Source: an uncultured bacterium (lineage in GTDB: Bacteria; Actinomycetota; Acidimicrobiia; Spongiisociales; UBA5794). From it: a DNA stretch of 64,000 nucleotides. A program made the translations under genes and the position numbers. The DNA lies in assembly GCA_963801165.1 (NCBI GenBank), contig CAWDDT010000001.1, positions 11,229 through 75,228 of the forward strand, given 5' to 3'. How positions within the stretch are numbered: position 1 is the stretch's first letter; every line of letters starts with the position of its first letter. Positions 52,448 to 62,621 of this stretch are shown here, piece by piece. The notes beneath the pieces were generated by a model. That model saw only the letters and a list, made by a program, of their open reading frames with translations, did not search any database and had not been told where the DNA came from.

Positions 52448-53383
52448 CTATCGGGTGATGACCTGGCTTTTCCTTCGGGCGGCCACGGTCTGATTCTGGT
52501 CACGGACGATCGCGTCGGGAAACTCGACATGACGATCGCGCTCGGGGTAACCGTGGGGCGTCGCCGGCGTACCGTCCGCCGTGGAGACAGGTAGGTCGCG
52601 TGTCCCGAACACATCGAGCGGAGCAGTGGCGGTGGCTTCGTGCGGCTCTACCGGAAGACCGGGCTCTGTCGGAAGACTTACCGTGTAGAGGTTGCGTCGC
52701 ATCCGCCGGGAAGTCTCGATGCCGTTGCCGAGCGCAGTGGCAAGTGCCGCAGCCAGTGCCGGGACCGCTGGTAGATCCTCACCGGCAGCGTTGTCGGACA
52801 CCGTGCACAGAACCTTTGACCCGTTGCGGGCGACCACGATGTCGATCTCGGGGGAGCGTCGGTCGACGGCCGCGGCCACCAGACTCCGCACCATCACCCG
52901 GAACATGGGGGCGTTGGTCCTGGCAAGCAGGCTCGGGCCTGCTGTCGAGATGCCGCAGCCGAAGAACCGGCTGGCCACCGTTTCGATCTCGTCGCGCAGG
53001 TTGACCACCGCACCTTCAGGGTCGCGGCGGCCCGCCCGCAGACCGATCTCGATCTCGGTGTCCTCGATGAGTGCTTTCGCCTCGCGGGCGTGGGCGTCGA
53101 TGAGGCGCACCTCATCCAGGGTCATGTTCGGGTCGGTGATGCCGTTGCCGAGGATGTCCCCGCTGATTTCCGCAATCCTCGTCAAGACGGCGTCGTGGTT
53201 CCCGAGCCGGTAGCGGAACGAGTCGGTGGCCTCCCAGCCCGCTCTCTTTGCCTCAGCGAGCTGGAGCTGGAGGCTGTCGATCTGCCCATTGTGCTTCCTC
53301 GAGAGGGCGATGCCGCAGGCTCCAAAGAGAGCGAGCCACGCAATCGTCGTCACGAGAGCCGTTGCGGTGTGTCCAAGATCCAT
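52448..53383 (-). CDS. Membrane-anchored protein with degenerate histidine-kinase-like (HATPase) region
   Basis: One TM segment, coiled coil, VNLRDEI..MVRSLV..VSDN pattern lacking canonical H/N/G boxes. Confidence 0.55.
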   Translation of the reverse strand: MDLGHTATALVTTIAWLALFGACGIALSRKHNGQIDSLQLQLAEAKRAGWEATDSFRYRLGNHDAVLTRIAEISGDILGNGITDPNMTLDEVRLIDAHAREAKALIEDTEIEIGLRAGRRDPEGAVVNLRDEIETVASRFFGCGISTAGPSLLARTNAPMFRVMVRSLVAAAVDRRSPEIDIVVARNGSKVLCTVSDNAAGEDLPAVPALAAALATALGNGIETSRRMRRNLYTVSLPTEPGLPVEPHEATATAPLDVFGTRDLPVSTADGTPATPHGYPERDRHVEFPDAIVRDQNQTVAARRKSQVITR

Positions 53384-53507
53384 GCGAGATAGATCGGCGA
53401 TAAGCCGGAAATCCTGCAGAATCAAAACTCAGGTAGCTGCGCTGACTAGTGCACGGACCGGCAAACGTCTGGAGCGTTGAGCAATCCCCGGCGCCGTCGC
53501 CGAAACG

Positions 53508-54146
53508 TCAGACGATTCTGCGGTCCGACGCCCACCGGGCCAGCTCGTGGCGGCTCGATAGCTGGAGCTTGCGCAGCACCGAGGACACGTGCGTCTCGAC
53601 CGTTTTGATCGATATCGAGAGCTTCCTTGCCACCTGTTTGTAGGCCAGCCCGCGGGCGATCAGCCGCATCACCTCCTGCTCACGGGGGGTGAGCTGATCG
53701 AGCTCGGGATCGGCTGCAGGCGAGATGCCACCGCCGAACGCGTCTAGCACGAACCCGGCAAGACGCGGCGAGAACACGGCATCACCGTCGGCGATCCGTC
53801 GTACTGCATCGGCTAGCTCGTCCGGTGCGATCGACTTGGTCACATAACCGCGCGCCCCGGCCCGGATCATGGCGATCACGTCCTCGGGGGAATCGGATAC
53901 CGAAAGAGCGAGGAACCGGATGTCCGGATGGGTCTTCAGCACGCTGGAGATCACCGTCACCCCTCCACCACCGGGCATATGGACGTCGACCAGCACCACG
54001 TTGGGAGCGGTCTCGCGGATTCTGTCGATCGCGTTGTCCACGTCGCCTGCGGTACCGACGATGGGGAACTGCTCGCTGAGCTCGCTCTGCACGCCGGAGA
54101 GAAACAGCTTGTGGTCGTCCACGAGAAATAGCGTTGTCTGTGTCAT
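53508..54146 (-). CDS. NarL/LuxR-family response regulator
   Basis: LVDDH..VDVHMP; LTPREQEV..KTVETHVSSVLRKL. Confidence 0.93.
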   Translation of the reverse strand: MTQTTLFLVDDHKLFLSGVQSELSEQFPIVGTAGDVDNAIDRIRETAPNVVLVDVHMPGGGGVTVISSVLKTHPDIRFLALSVSDSPEDVIAMIRAGARGYVTKSIAPDELADAVRRIADGDAVFSPRLAGFVLDAFGGGISPAADPELDQLTPREQEVMRLIARGLAYKQVARKLSISIKTVETHVSSVLRKLQLSSRHELARWASDRRIV

Positions 54147-55333
54147 GGTGTCCTCGGTAGTTTCAAACGCACTTCGGTCCCTTCGCCGGGCTCGCTGATG
54201 ATCTCCGATTCGCCGCCCTGACGTCTCATCCGCCCCCGTAGCGAGTTCTCGATGCCGTGATGCCCGTCCGGGATGGCCTTCGGGTCGAAGCCGCAGCCCT
54301 GATCGGTTACGAAAACTTCGACTTCGTCGTCGCGCACTTCCGCAAAGACCGATACCTTGGCGGTACCCGAGTGTTTGGCGGCGTTGGTCATTGCCTCTCC
54401 GGTGGCGGCCACCAGAGACATAGCCCGTTCCGTCACCGGCATGTCACCGACGACGACCACCTCGACCGGCACATCGTGGCGCGCCTCGACTTCGCTGGCG
54501 GCGCTCTCCAGGGCCTGGCGAAGACCGATCGGGGCGCTGCCGTCTCTCGCTCCGTACAGCCAGCTGCGCAGATCTCGTTCCTGCGCTCGGGCCAGGGTGA
54601 CCATCCTCTTCGGGTCGTCCGTCCGCTGGATGAGTGCCAATGTCTGTAACACCGAGTCATGGAGGTGGGCAGCAACCTCGGTGCGTTCGTCCGCAAGGAT
54701 ACGGCTGCGTCTCTCCTCGCCGAGGTCACGGATCAGGGAAGTGACCCAGGGCCCGAAGATGATCATGAAGCCGGCACCGGTCAGCGCAGCGGCGGTGATT
54801 GCCGGCCCGAGGTTCTCGATGGTGGAGATCGATGTTGCAAGGGTGGCGATCCCGGCCAGCAGCAGCAGGGCGCCGACCGCCACCCTGGTTCGGCTCGGGG
54901 CGACTCCGCCGGAGTCCGGGTTGAAGATGCTGGTCTTGTCCCACATTGCCGCCCCACCAAAGGCGAGCAGCGTTCCGGCCCACACGACCGTGTCCCCGAA
55001 CCAGAGGTGAAGACCTCGGAAGAACGCCATTGTCCCGATGAAGATGACCACCAGGCCGATTACCTGGCGGGTATTGGGTGGGTCTGCCGGAGTCACCTCA
55101 TCACCCGTGGTGGCAACCGCCGTCCCCAGCACGTAGAGGACGACACCTGCGCCGCCGGCGAGTGACAACGCTATGAATGCGGCTCGGATGTAAGCGTCGA
55201 CGATGCCGAGCCGATCGGCGATCCCGCCGGCGAGACCGAGGATGACCCTGCCCTCGCTACGGCGGACGACGAGGTTACGCGCGCGATCAACCGTGCTGGC
55301 CGGTGGGGCATCGGTTGTCGTGTCGATATCCAT
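54143..55333 (-). CDS. PspC-domain sensor histidine kinase
   Basis: N-terminal GRVILGLAGGIADRLG (PspC), AAHLHDSVLQ H-box, EAMTNAAKH, DQGCGF. Confidence 0.92.
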   Translation of the reverse strand: MDIDTTTDAPPASTVDRARNLVVRRSEGRVILGLAGGIADRLGIVDAYIRAAFIALSLAGGAGVVLYVLGTAVATTGDEVTPADPPNTRQVIGLVVIFIGTMAFFRGLHLWFGDTVVWAGTLLAFGGAAMWDKTSIFNPDSGGVAPSRTRVAVGALLLLAGIATLATSISTIENLGPAITAAALTGAGFMIIFGPWVTSLIRDLGEERRSRILADERTEVAAHLHDSVLQTLALIQRTDDPKRMVTLARAQERDLRSWLYGARDGSAPIGLRQALESAASEVEARHDVPVEVVVVGDMPVTERAMSLVAATGEAMTNAAKHSGTAKVSVFAEVRDDEVEVFVTDQGCGFDPKAIPDGHHGIENSLRGRMRRQGGESEIISEPGEGTEVRLKLPRTP

Positions 55334-55400
55334 CACTGAATGTTGTCACAGTGCGACATGTGCGACAACTAGGGGTGACCCCGGCAGCAGCCGACGTCCC

Positions 55401-55427
55401 TCAGGGTAGGTTCAGGGTGGTTCCCGA
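55401..55427. promoter_or_regulatory. Direct repeat, candidate response-regulator site
   Basis: TCAGGGTAGGT-TCAGGGTGGTT (11-bp period) between the divergent PspC genes. Confidence 0.55.
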
Positions 55428-55462
55428 TGTCACAATGTGGCCACGGGTGAGATGCTCTGACC

Positions 55463-56698
55463 ATGGAAACGACACAGCAAACACAACCACAACCACCGCA
55501 GACGACGCGGCCACCACTGGAGCGTCTGCGCAGCGATCGCGTTGTCGCCGGTGTTGCCTCGGGGTTCGCCCGTCATCTCGGTATCGACGCTGCCTGGGTC
55601 CGGATCGCATTTGTCGTCATCAGCTTCTTCGGTGGTGCCGGCATCCTCGCCTATCTGGTCGCCTGGGTTGCCATCCCCGAGGAGGGGGAAACCGAGTCTG
55701 TGCTGACGACCCGGACCAGGCACAACCCCAAACTGGGGAGTTGGATCGGTTTGGGTCTAATCGCGCTTGCGGTGATGATCCTGATCAACAACACGGGCCT
55801 GGTCGACGGCGACATAGTCTTCGCCGCCGGTCTGATCCTCGTCGGCGTCCTGCTGTACCGTGGCGACCTGGGCGACTTCGGACGCCGGTCGGACCACACC
55901 GAAGGGGATAGCGACGCCCCGGCCGGGGTCACCACCGCACCCTCTTCCTACGTGGCCGACGAGTCTGCGTCGGTCGTCGGGAACGAGCCGGTGCGCTCGT
56001 GGCTGGACGATGGGACGATCGTCCCGGCGCCTCCCGAGCCGCCGGTCCCGCCTGCGCCTCCGGCGCCGGCATTTCAGCCGCGACCGCGGCGACAGAAGCA
56101 ATCGTCGGCGCTTGGCCGGCTGGCGACCGCCTCGGTCCTGATCGTCGTAGGCGTCATGGGTGTGGGGCAGTCTCTCGACTGGTGGGCGCCATTCCCGCGT
56201 CACTACGCCGGTGCGGTATTGGTCACCCTGGGTGCGGCGCTGCTTATCGGGTCTCTGTTCGGACGGGCCCGGTGGTTGATAGCCATCGGTCTGGTGTCCG
56301 CCCCGCTCCTGTTCGGGGCCGCTCTGGTCGACGTTCCAATGCGAGGCGGTTTTGGTGACCCGCAGTACACGCCGTTCACCGGATCTGAGCTCGCCACGGA
56401 GTACCGGCTGGTCGGCGGAGAGATGATCCTCGATCTGAGCCATCTCGAGCTCGCCGCCGACGAAACGTACCAGGTGAACAGCAGCGTCGCATTTGGCAGG
56501 ATGGAGGTTCGTGTCCCCGCCGGAGTCGCGGTCTCTTTCGATGGCCAGGTCGATATCGGCCAGATCGTTATCGACGGGGCGACAGTTGACGAGGGCATCA
56601 ACGTCGACGGCAGCAAGGACTTCGAGGGAACCGGAACGATCAACCTCGATGCTCGTGTCGGTTTCGGCGAGCTCGACATCTACGAAGTGGAGAAGTGA
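55463..56698 (+). CDS. PspC domain membrane protein with LiaF-like C-terminus
   Basis: DRVVAGVASGFARHLGIDAAWVRIAF; Pro-rich linker; C-terminal GEMILDLS..GRMEVRVP beta region. Confidence 0.88.
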   Translation: METTQQTQPQPPQTTRPPLERLRSDRVVAGVASGFARHLGIDAAWVRIAFVVISFFGGAGILAYLVAWVAIPEEGETESVLTTRTRHNPKLGSWIGLGLIALAVMILINNTGLVDGDIVFAAGLILVGVLLYRGDLGDFGRRSDHTEGDSDAPAGVTTAPSSYVADESASVVGNEPVRSWLDDGTIVPAPPEPPVPPAPPAPAFQPRPRRQKQSSALGRLATASVLIVVGVMGVGQSLDWWAPFPRHYAGAVLVTLGAALLIGSLFGRARWLIAIGLVSAPLLFGAALVDVPMRGGFGDPQYTPFTGSELATEYRLVGGEMILDLSHLELAADETYQVNSSVAFGRMEVRVPAGVAVSFDGQVDIGQIVIDGATVDEGINVDGSKDFEGTGTINLDARVGFGELDIYEVEK

Positions 56699-56700
56699 CT

Positions 56701-56922
56701 ATGAAAAGGCATTCATTCGACTCGGTGTCCTTTGTTTTCGGGATGCTGTTTCTCCTTACCGGGATCCCGATGCTCGTCTCGGAGTCGGGGCTCCACCTCT
56801 TCGAGTACAAGTGGGTGTTCCCGACGTTCCTGGTCATCGCCGGGGTCGCCGTCCTGGTCACCTCGCAGTTCACCGACCGCGGCGAGCATGACGAGCACGA
56901 TGACGGCATGCCGATCAGGTAG
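56701..56922 (+). CDS. Small membrane protein (2 TM segments) in PspC operon
   Basis: MKRHSFDSVSFVFGMLF; directly follows the PspC gene. Confidence 0.75.
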   Translation: MKRHSFDSVSFVFGMLFLLTGIPMLVSESGLHLFEYKWVFPTFLVIAGVAVLVTSQFTDRGEHDEHDDGMPIR

Positions 56923-57044
56923 CGAACGATCTCATCCCAGAATGCGGCCCCATCCGGATGGGGCCGCTCCTCATTTGCGTCGCAGTTGCCCACGGGGGCG
57001 GTCTACCGTCATGACCGCCCCAACCGGACGCTGGTTCTCTTGAG

Positions 57045-58364
57045 ATGATCGACTTTCTCGCTTCTGCCGGTCCGCTGGCCCCTGCTGTGGTGTTTCTGCT
57101 GGCGGCGGCCGAGAGCGCCGCCTTTGTCGGCGTCGCCGTTCCCGGGGAGCTGGCGGTGATCCTGGGCGGTGTGGCCGCCGGCACCGGTGGGGCGAGCCTG
57201 TGGCTGATGATGTGTGTTGCCGGGGCGGGTGCCATCGTCGGCGACTCGATCGGCTACTGGCTCGGTGATCGTATGGGCCCGGCCCTCCTGCAGAGCAAGC
57301 GGATGGCGAAGATCGCGCGACGGATGGACGGTGCTGCCGCGCTGCTCACCAACCGGGGTTGGTGGGCTCTGGTCGTGGCTAGGTTCGTCGCCGTGCTGCG
57401 GGCCGTGGTGCCGTTTGCGGCAGGGATGGGGCGTATGCCCTATCGCCGCTTCTTGCTGGGCAACGTAATCGGGGGCATAGCCTGGGCAACTACGTTCACA
57501 TTGGTGGGCTACACCGCGGGCGCCAACTATCCAACCGTCGAGCGTTGGATCCGGACTGGTGGTCTTGCCGTTCTCGGTCTTGGGATCTCAGTGGGGCTGA
57601 TCGTGTGGCTGACACGATGGGCACAGCGCAACCGGGCTCGGCTGGCCCGGTCGCGCAACCGCGTCACAGAGGTGCGCCCGGTCAAGGCCTTGCTGCGGAT
57701 GATGACCGCGACCACGCAGAGCGGGTTGTCGCTTGCCGTGATCGGCGGTGCCATTGTGGCGGGCATCTGGCTATTCGGCGGTCTGATGCAGGACGTCCTA
57801 GGCAGCGACGAGTTCTTCTTCCTCGACATCGCAACCATGAACTACCTGGCAAAGTTCCCCACGAAAGGGCTGGTCACGGCAGCGAAGGTCGTCGATGCCA
57901 TCACATCGCCGGCAGTCCTAACGGTGGGTCTCAGCATCGCAGTGGTAGGCGCTCTCATGACAAGACGCCGCCGGTTGGCCGTCGCCCTCTGTCTTGCCGC
58001 CGCCGGCCAGTGGCTGATCGTCGAATTATCCGAAGCGCTCGTCCACCGGATCCCGCCGGCGGTAAGCCCTTTGATCCCCCGTGTCGACTACGGATTCCCG
58101 TCCGAACACGTGGCGCTCGTGGTTGCGATTGGAATCGTGGCCGCCTGGCCGTGGAGCCATCCGGGATGGACGACCACTGTGACGAGGTTCGGGATCGTGC
58201 TCCTTTTCTGCGTTCTGGTGGGCGCCGCCCGGGTGATTCTGCTGGTTGAGTTTCCGAGCGACGCGTTCGCCGCGATCGGGGTGGCCGGAGGGTGGGCCTT
58301 GCTGGCATGTCTGGTCTCGAGTGCGGGAGCACAGCAGACCTCACCGCGCGCCGCCTCGGGGTAG
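57045..58364 (+). CDS. DedA / PAP2 fusion membrane protein
   Basis: ESAAFVG..PGE, GDSIGYWLG, ARFVAVLR (DedA); C-terminal PAP2-like GFPSEH, ARVILLVEFPSD. Confidence 0.85.
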   Translation: MIDFLASAGPLAPAVVFLLAAAESAAFVGVAVPGELAVILGGVAAGTGGASLWLMMCVAGAGAIVGDSIGYWLGDRMGPALLQSKRMAKIARRMDGAAALLTNRGWWALVVARFVAVLRAVVPFAAGMGRMPYRRFLLGNVIGGIAWATTFTLVGYTAGANYPTVERWIRTGGLAVLGLGISVGLIVWLTRWAQRNRARLARSRNRVTEVRPVKALLRMMTATTQSGLSLAVIGGAIVAGIWLFGGLMQDVLGSDEFFFLDIATMNYLAKFPTKGLVTAAKVVDAITSPAVLTVGLSIAVVGALMTRRRRLAVALCLAAAGQWLIVELSEALVHRIPPAVSPLIPRVDYGFPSEHVALVVAIGIVAAWPWSHPGWTTTVTRFGIVLLFCVLVGAARVILLVEFPSDAFAAIGVAGGWALLACLVSSAGAQQTSPRAASG

Positions 58365-58416
58365 CCGCTCGCACCGTGGCAGACGGCACGACAGCGATCC
58401 GCCGATCAGGTAGGGC

Positions 58417-59001
58417 TCATCCCCGGATGCGGTTCAAGTACTCCCGGCCGCGGGGTGACAGGCGGTAGCCGATCCGGAAGCTGAGCGTGAGCCCGAGGTT
58501 CTTCAGCTTCCGGATGTCGGTCTTGAATGGCTGGGTCTCTCGCCCGAACATCTCCGCCAGATCGGGAGCGCGTCGTTCCGGGTTCGCCTCGACGGCCTCC
58601 AGGTAGGCGAGCGTCCAGGGACCGTGCGAGCTGGCCGCATCGAGCCTGGCCAGCCGGCGGCCGATCTCGGCGACAGCTTCCTCGGTCAAGCCGGTGTCGT
58701 TGGCGAGAACGGTCCTCGGGTCGGGCTCTTCGAGATAGCGAAACACGATCTTGAAGACGGCGTCGCCGTGGTCACCATGCAGATCGGCGACGAGGGTGGC
58801 TGCATCCGGGTAGCCCGCGGCGACCGCATCGGTGTCGGTGATATCGCCTGGAGTCACCCGGGCGACATCCGACACGTGGAGTCTTCCCGCCGGGGTCCGA
58901 TACACCCGGCCGGCCACCACCTGGCGCCTCTTCCACCGGCGGAAGGTCATGGTGATTGTTCCGCTCCTGATCGGTTCCCAGAATCTCTTCGCAAAAAGCA
59001 C
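58417..59001 (-). CDS. ASCH-like domain protein with C-terminal HTH
   Basis: IRSGTITMTFRRWKR..ITDTDAVAAGY; FKTDIRKLKNLGLT; CACAAT-N7-GTG. Confidence 0.7.
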   Translation of the reverse strand: MLFAKRFWEPIRSGTITMTFRRWKRRQVVAGRVYRTPAGRLHVSDVARVTPGDITDTDAVAAGYPDAATLVADLHGDHGDAVFKIVFRYLEEPDPRTVLANDTGLTEEAVAEIGRRLARLDAASSHGPWTLAYLEAVEANPERRAPDLAEMFGRETQPFKTDIRKLKNLGLTLSFRIGYRLSPRGREYLNRIRG

Positions 59002-59033
59002 GGGTCGTATTGTGGCAGGCACCGGAATCGCGC

Positions 59034-59717
59034 TCAGACACAAGCGAGGGTCATCCCGTCCGAAGTCTCGGATACCTTCATGGCGAAGTCGAAGCGGTCC
59101 GCCTGGGTGCACAAGGCTATGTCGTCGGGGTGCGTGAACGGCGCCAGGCGGAGCCCTTCGGCCCGTTCTAGAGCGGCGACGCGGGCGGCGGCAGCCGGGA
59201 CATCGCAAGCAACGCCGCTGAGTAGATCGGTGAGCACGTCCGCACAGATCTCGTCCTCATCGGCCGGCTCGGCTCCACCGATTCCCGAAGGGATGATGGT
59301 TACACGCTCGGCGCCGGTGATCGCTCGGGCGGTCGCAGAGACCACAACCAGGCTGGCAACGAACAGCGGGGCCGCACCAGCGGCGAGTGCGGCACGGGCA
59401 CACCTGGTACCGGACGAGCTGCGATGAACGATCGTCCTCGCTGACACACGAGCCTGGTCGGCGACGATCTCGCCGGGGGAGTTGCCGATGTCGAACTCGC
59501 CGGGTTTCACCCCGTTCACCTCGCCCATGAGCAACGAGCCCGGTATCCGTTCGGCGATGCCGATCGCCTCGGCCACTGATTCCGCCAGGATGATCCGGTC
59601 GGCACCGGCGGCAAAGGCGTAGGCGGCCGCCGAGAAGGCTCGGAACACATCGATTACCACAGTTGCCCCGGCAGCCGTCCTGGCTCCGGCTATGCCGTAC
59701 CGTCTCGTGATGACCAT
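59034..59717 (-). CDS. 2-phosphosulfolactate phosphatase (ComB) family protein
   Basis: VVIDVFRAFS, GEVNG, FDIGNSP, SSSGT, EDEICA. Confidence 0.85.
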   Translation of the reverse strand: MVITRRYGIAGARTAAGATVVIDVFRAFSAAAYAFAAGADRIILAESVAEAIGIAERIPGSLLMGEVNGVKPGEFDIGNSPGEIVADQARVSARTIVHRSSSGTRCARAALAAGAAPLFVASLVVVSATARAITGAERVTIIPSGIGGAEPADEDEICADVLTDLLSGVACDVPAAAARVAALERAEGLRLAPFTHPDDIALCTQADRFDFAMKVSETSDGMTLACV

Positions 59718-59781
59718 CGCCTGGAAGTATCCTTCGTCGCCGCCCTGGAACAAAGACTACGAATCGCCGGTTTACGGAACC

Positions 59782-60180
59782 ATGAACGACATCGCATCTC
59801 TTCTCCACAGGGACGACACGACGGTCGCCATCGTCGGCGCAAGCGACGACCCCGCCAAGTACGGCTCGGTCATATACCGGGACCTGAAGCGGAAGGGTTT
59901 CCAGGTCTTTGCGGTGAACCCGAATCGGGACACGGTCGACGGCGATCCCAGCTATCGGAGCCTCGACGAGCTGCCCGTGCGGCCGACGATCGTCAACATC
60001 GTGGTTCCTCCTGAGACGGCGTTGCGTGTCCTGGAGAAGGCCAAGCAGCTTGGATATCGCAACGTCTGGCTCCAGCCGGGTGCCGAGAGCCCCGAGGTCA
60101 TGGCGTTCGTGACCGGGAACGACTTCAACTATCTGGCCAACGCCTGCATCATGGTCGGCAGCAGGATCCGCACTCGGTAA
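59782..60180 (+). CDS. CoA-binding protein
   Basis: VAIVGASDDPAKYG, VNP, VWLQPGAES, NACIM. Confidence 0.9.
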   Translation: MNDIASLLHRDDTTVAIVGASDDPAKYGSVIYRDLKRKGFQVFAVNPNRDTVDGDPSYRSLDELPVRPTIVNIVVPPETALRVLEKAKQLGYRNVWLQPGAESPEVMAFVTGNDFNYLANACIMVGSRIRTR

Positions 60181-60935
60181 TGAGCAGTCCCGTGGCGCTG
60201 GCAACGATGGTGTGGGGGGACGGTCCGCGGCGTGCCCTGTTGTTGCACGGTCTCACCTCGGCGGCAACGACGTGGTGGCGGGTCGCTCCTGCCATCGCCA
60301 CTCTCGGCTTCACCGTGGTGGCGCCCGATCTCCGCGGTCATGGCAGCAGCCCCGCCGGTGACCTCCTGTCGCTCGACGCTTACCGCGACGACGTGTTGCT
60401 ACTCGGTAACGGATGGGACCTGTTGCTCGGTCATTCGCTCGGTGGTGCCATAGCAGCAGCGGCCATCGAAGCCCACCCCGGTTTCGCCAGCCAGGTGGTC
60501 TACGAGGACCCCGCAGCCGACTGGGAGCTGGCCGCCGACTTCATCACCGAATCACCCCAACCAATCGGCATGGCAACCACCGCCGACATCGCCGCAGAGC
60601 ACCCGGCGTGGCACGCCAACGACGTCAAGCAGAAGGTCGAAGCGCTCAACTCCTGTCGGCCCGATGTGGAGGACAGGACGATCGCGGATTTCGATCCCGG
60701 CGACGTCTGGTCAGTGATGCTTGCCGCCCATGCCCCGAGCCTTGTCATCGCCGCGGACCCGGACGTCGTCTCGCTTGTCTCCCGGCAGCGGGAGGCGGAG
60801 GCGGCGGGCTCTCCATTGCGTGTCGTCAGGGTTGCCGGCGCCGGCCACTCGGTGCACCGGGATGCGCCCGAGGAGTTCATCGAATTGGTGTGCGACTTCG
60901 TCGCTGCGCAGCGTGGGGGGCAAGCGGCAGGCTGA
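60180..60935 (+). CDS. Alpha/beta hydrolase
   Basis: LLHGL, PDLRGHG, GHSLGG, GAGHSVH. Confidence 0.9.
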   Translation: MSSPVALATMVWGDGPRRALLLHGLTSAATTWWRVAPAIATLGFTVVAPDLRGHGSSPAGDLLSLDAYRDDVLLLGNGWDLLLGHSLGGAIAAAAIEAHPGFASQVVYEDPAADWELAADFITESPQPIGMATTADIAAEHPAWHANDVKQKVEALNSCRPDVEDRTIADFDPGDVWSVMLAAHAPSLVIAADPDVVSLVSRQREAEAAGSPLRVVRVAGAGHSVHRDAPEEFIELVCDFVAAQRGGQAAG

Positions 60936-60983
60936 GCACGAGCAGAGTTGTCGGCGTCACGGCGCGCCGTCTGTCGACCCAAT

Positions 60984-62432
60984 TCAGCTGGTTATCAGCT
61001 GGTCGACCGGAGCAAAGTCGTCTGTCAGCACGGCGGCATCACCAATGAATTCGGTCACTGTTGATCCAGTGATGGCGAACCCGGAGCTGCCGCGGGCGGT
61101 CAGCTCCCGCTGGAGTGCCGCCACGTCGAGCGGCGTGTCGGACGCCACTAGTACGAAGTTGCCACCCCGGGTACCGGTGAGGTAGTCGCGCGGTGCGATG
61201 ACTACCACCTCGTCGAATACCGCGGCAATCGTCGCTGTCTCCGCCCTGGCGAAGCCGAGCGGTGGATAGTCGATGAGATTGAGCAGGTAGAAGCCGCCGG
61301 GGCGGAGCCGTTGGGAGATGTCTTCGAGAAACTCGCGGGTTGTCAGATGCCACGGCACGGCAGGACCGCCAAAGGCGTCGCCGATGACGACGTCGTACGA
61401 GCCCTCAGATGTCTGTCGCAAGGTCAGTCTGGCATCGCCGGTCCGGATGTCGAGAGTCCCGGGGTCGAGCCCGAGCTCATCTCGAGCGATCTCGACCACG
61501 GCCGGGTCGAGTTCCAGGACGGTGTTGGTGCCTCCGGGGTGGGTGGCGGCGACATAGCGGGGGAAGGTGAAGCCACCCCCACCGATCGAGAGCGAGTCGG
61601 CGGGTCCCGCGGGCAGCTGCGAGTCGAGGACGGCGCCGAAGATCTTGGCGTAGCGGAACTCCAGATACGTAGGGTCTACCAGGTCGACATAGGAGTGGCG
61701 GAGATTGTCGAGCCACAGTATCCGACCGGTCGGGCGGTCGGGATCCTGGTCGACGTTGACGCAGTAATAGGCGGTTTCGTGCTCACAGGCCCGCGGGGTG
61801 GCGATCGCCACGGTGGTCGACAGTGCGGCGAAGACGACGATCAGCAGCAGAGTCGCCCGGGTGAGAGTGCGGGCGGCCATCATTACGCCAACAACCAGGA
61901 GAACCCCGCCGAGGGCCATGGTTATGGTGCGACTCGGCCAGGCGGCAACGAGGACGAACCCGGCGAAGAACGTACCGAATATGGCGCCGGCCGTTCCGAG
62001 CGCAGACAGCCGACCAACCACAGTGCCCGTCTCGTCCAGGGTCTCCAGCCGGAGCTTGGTCACCGTCGGCGTCACGGCGGAGAGCAACGCCGCCGGGGCG
62101 AAGAAGCTGACTGTGGCGAGAAACACGATGTCGAGCGGGGTGGAGGAGACCGACGGCCCGACCGCCGCGACGGCGGGGTACGTGAGCATGGCGAGGACAC
62201 CACTGGCGATCAGCACGATCGGCAGAACCCGGTGCGGGGGATGGCGATCGGCGAGTCGCCCGCCCAGCCAGGAGCCGATGGCGATCCCGGCCAGGATCGT
62301 GCCGATGATCCCGGTCCACGTCTCCAGCGTGACGCCGACGAATGGCGCCATCATCCGTCCGGCGAGTATCTCGAGGATCAGCACCGCCGCCGACGAGAAG
62401 AAGACGAGGCTGCGGGCGGAGAGGGTCGACAT
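60984..62432 (-). CDS. Fused membrane domain / spermidine synthase-like methyltransferase
   Basis: About 7 TM segments then IGGGGF, LELDP, GDAR, VIGDAF, HLTTREF, LTDDFAP. Confidence 0.9.
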   Translation of the reverse strand: MSTLSARSLVFFSSAAVLILEILAGRMMAPFVGVTLETWTGIIGTILAGIAIGSWLGGRLADRHPPHRVLPIVLIASGVLAMLTYPAVAAVGPSVSSTPLDIVFLATVSFFAPAALLSAVTPTVTKLRLETLDETGTVVGRLSALGTAGAIFGTFFAGFVLVAAWPSRTITMALGGVLLVVGVMMAARTLTRATLLLIVVFAALSTTVAIATPRACEHETAYYCVNVDQDPDRPTGRILWLDNLRHSYVDLVDPTYLEFRYAKIFGAVLDSQLPAGPADSLSIGGGGFTFPRYVAATHPGGTNTVLELDPAVVEIARDELGLDPGTLDIRTGDARLTLRQTSEGSYDVVIGDAFGGPAVPWHLTTREFLEDISQRLRPGGFYLLNLIDYPPLGFARAETATIAAVFDEVVVIAPRDYLTGTRGGNFVLVASDTPLDVAALQRELTARGSSGFAITGSTVTEFIGDAAVLTDDFAPVDQLITS

Positions 62433-62512
62433 GGAGCGCCGAGTATCGCACAGATCCCACTCCAGTAGCTTTGTGGCTCTACCGACAGTTTCAGTTAGAG
62501 TTGCGATCCCTC

Positions 62513-62586
62513 GGGCGTTTAGCTCAGTTGGCTAGAGCGCTTCCCTTACAAGGAAGAGGTCATCAGTTCGAGTCTGGTAACGCCCA
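62513..62586 (+). tRNA. tRNA-Val(TAC)
   Basis: Acceptor stem GGGCGTT/AACGCCC, D arm GCTC/GAGC, anticodon arm CTTCC-CTTACAA-GGAAG, T loop TTCGAGT; full CCA not encoded (CCG follows). Confidence 0.97.
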
Positions 62587-62588
62587 CC

Positions 62589-62621
62589 GCCGGAATCCCT
62601 TATGTAGCAAGGGATTCCGGC
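62589..62621. terminator. Hairpin between tRNA and convergent integrase
   Basis: GCCGGAATCCCTT-N7-AAGGGATTCCGGC (13-bp stem) followed by TTTC. Confidence 0.8.
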
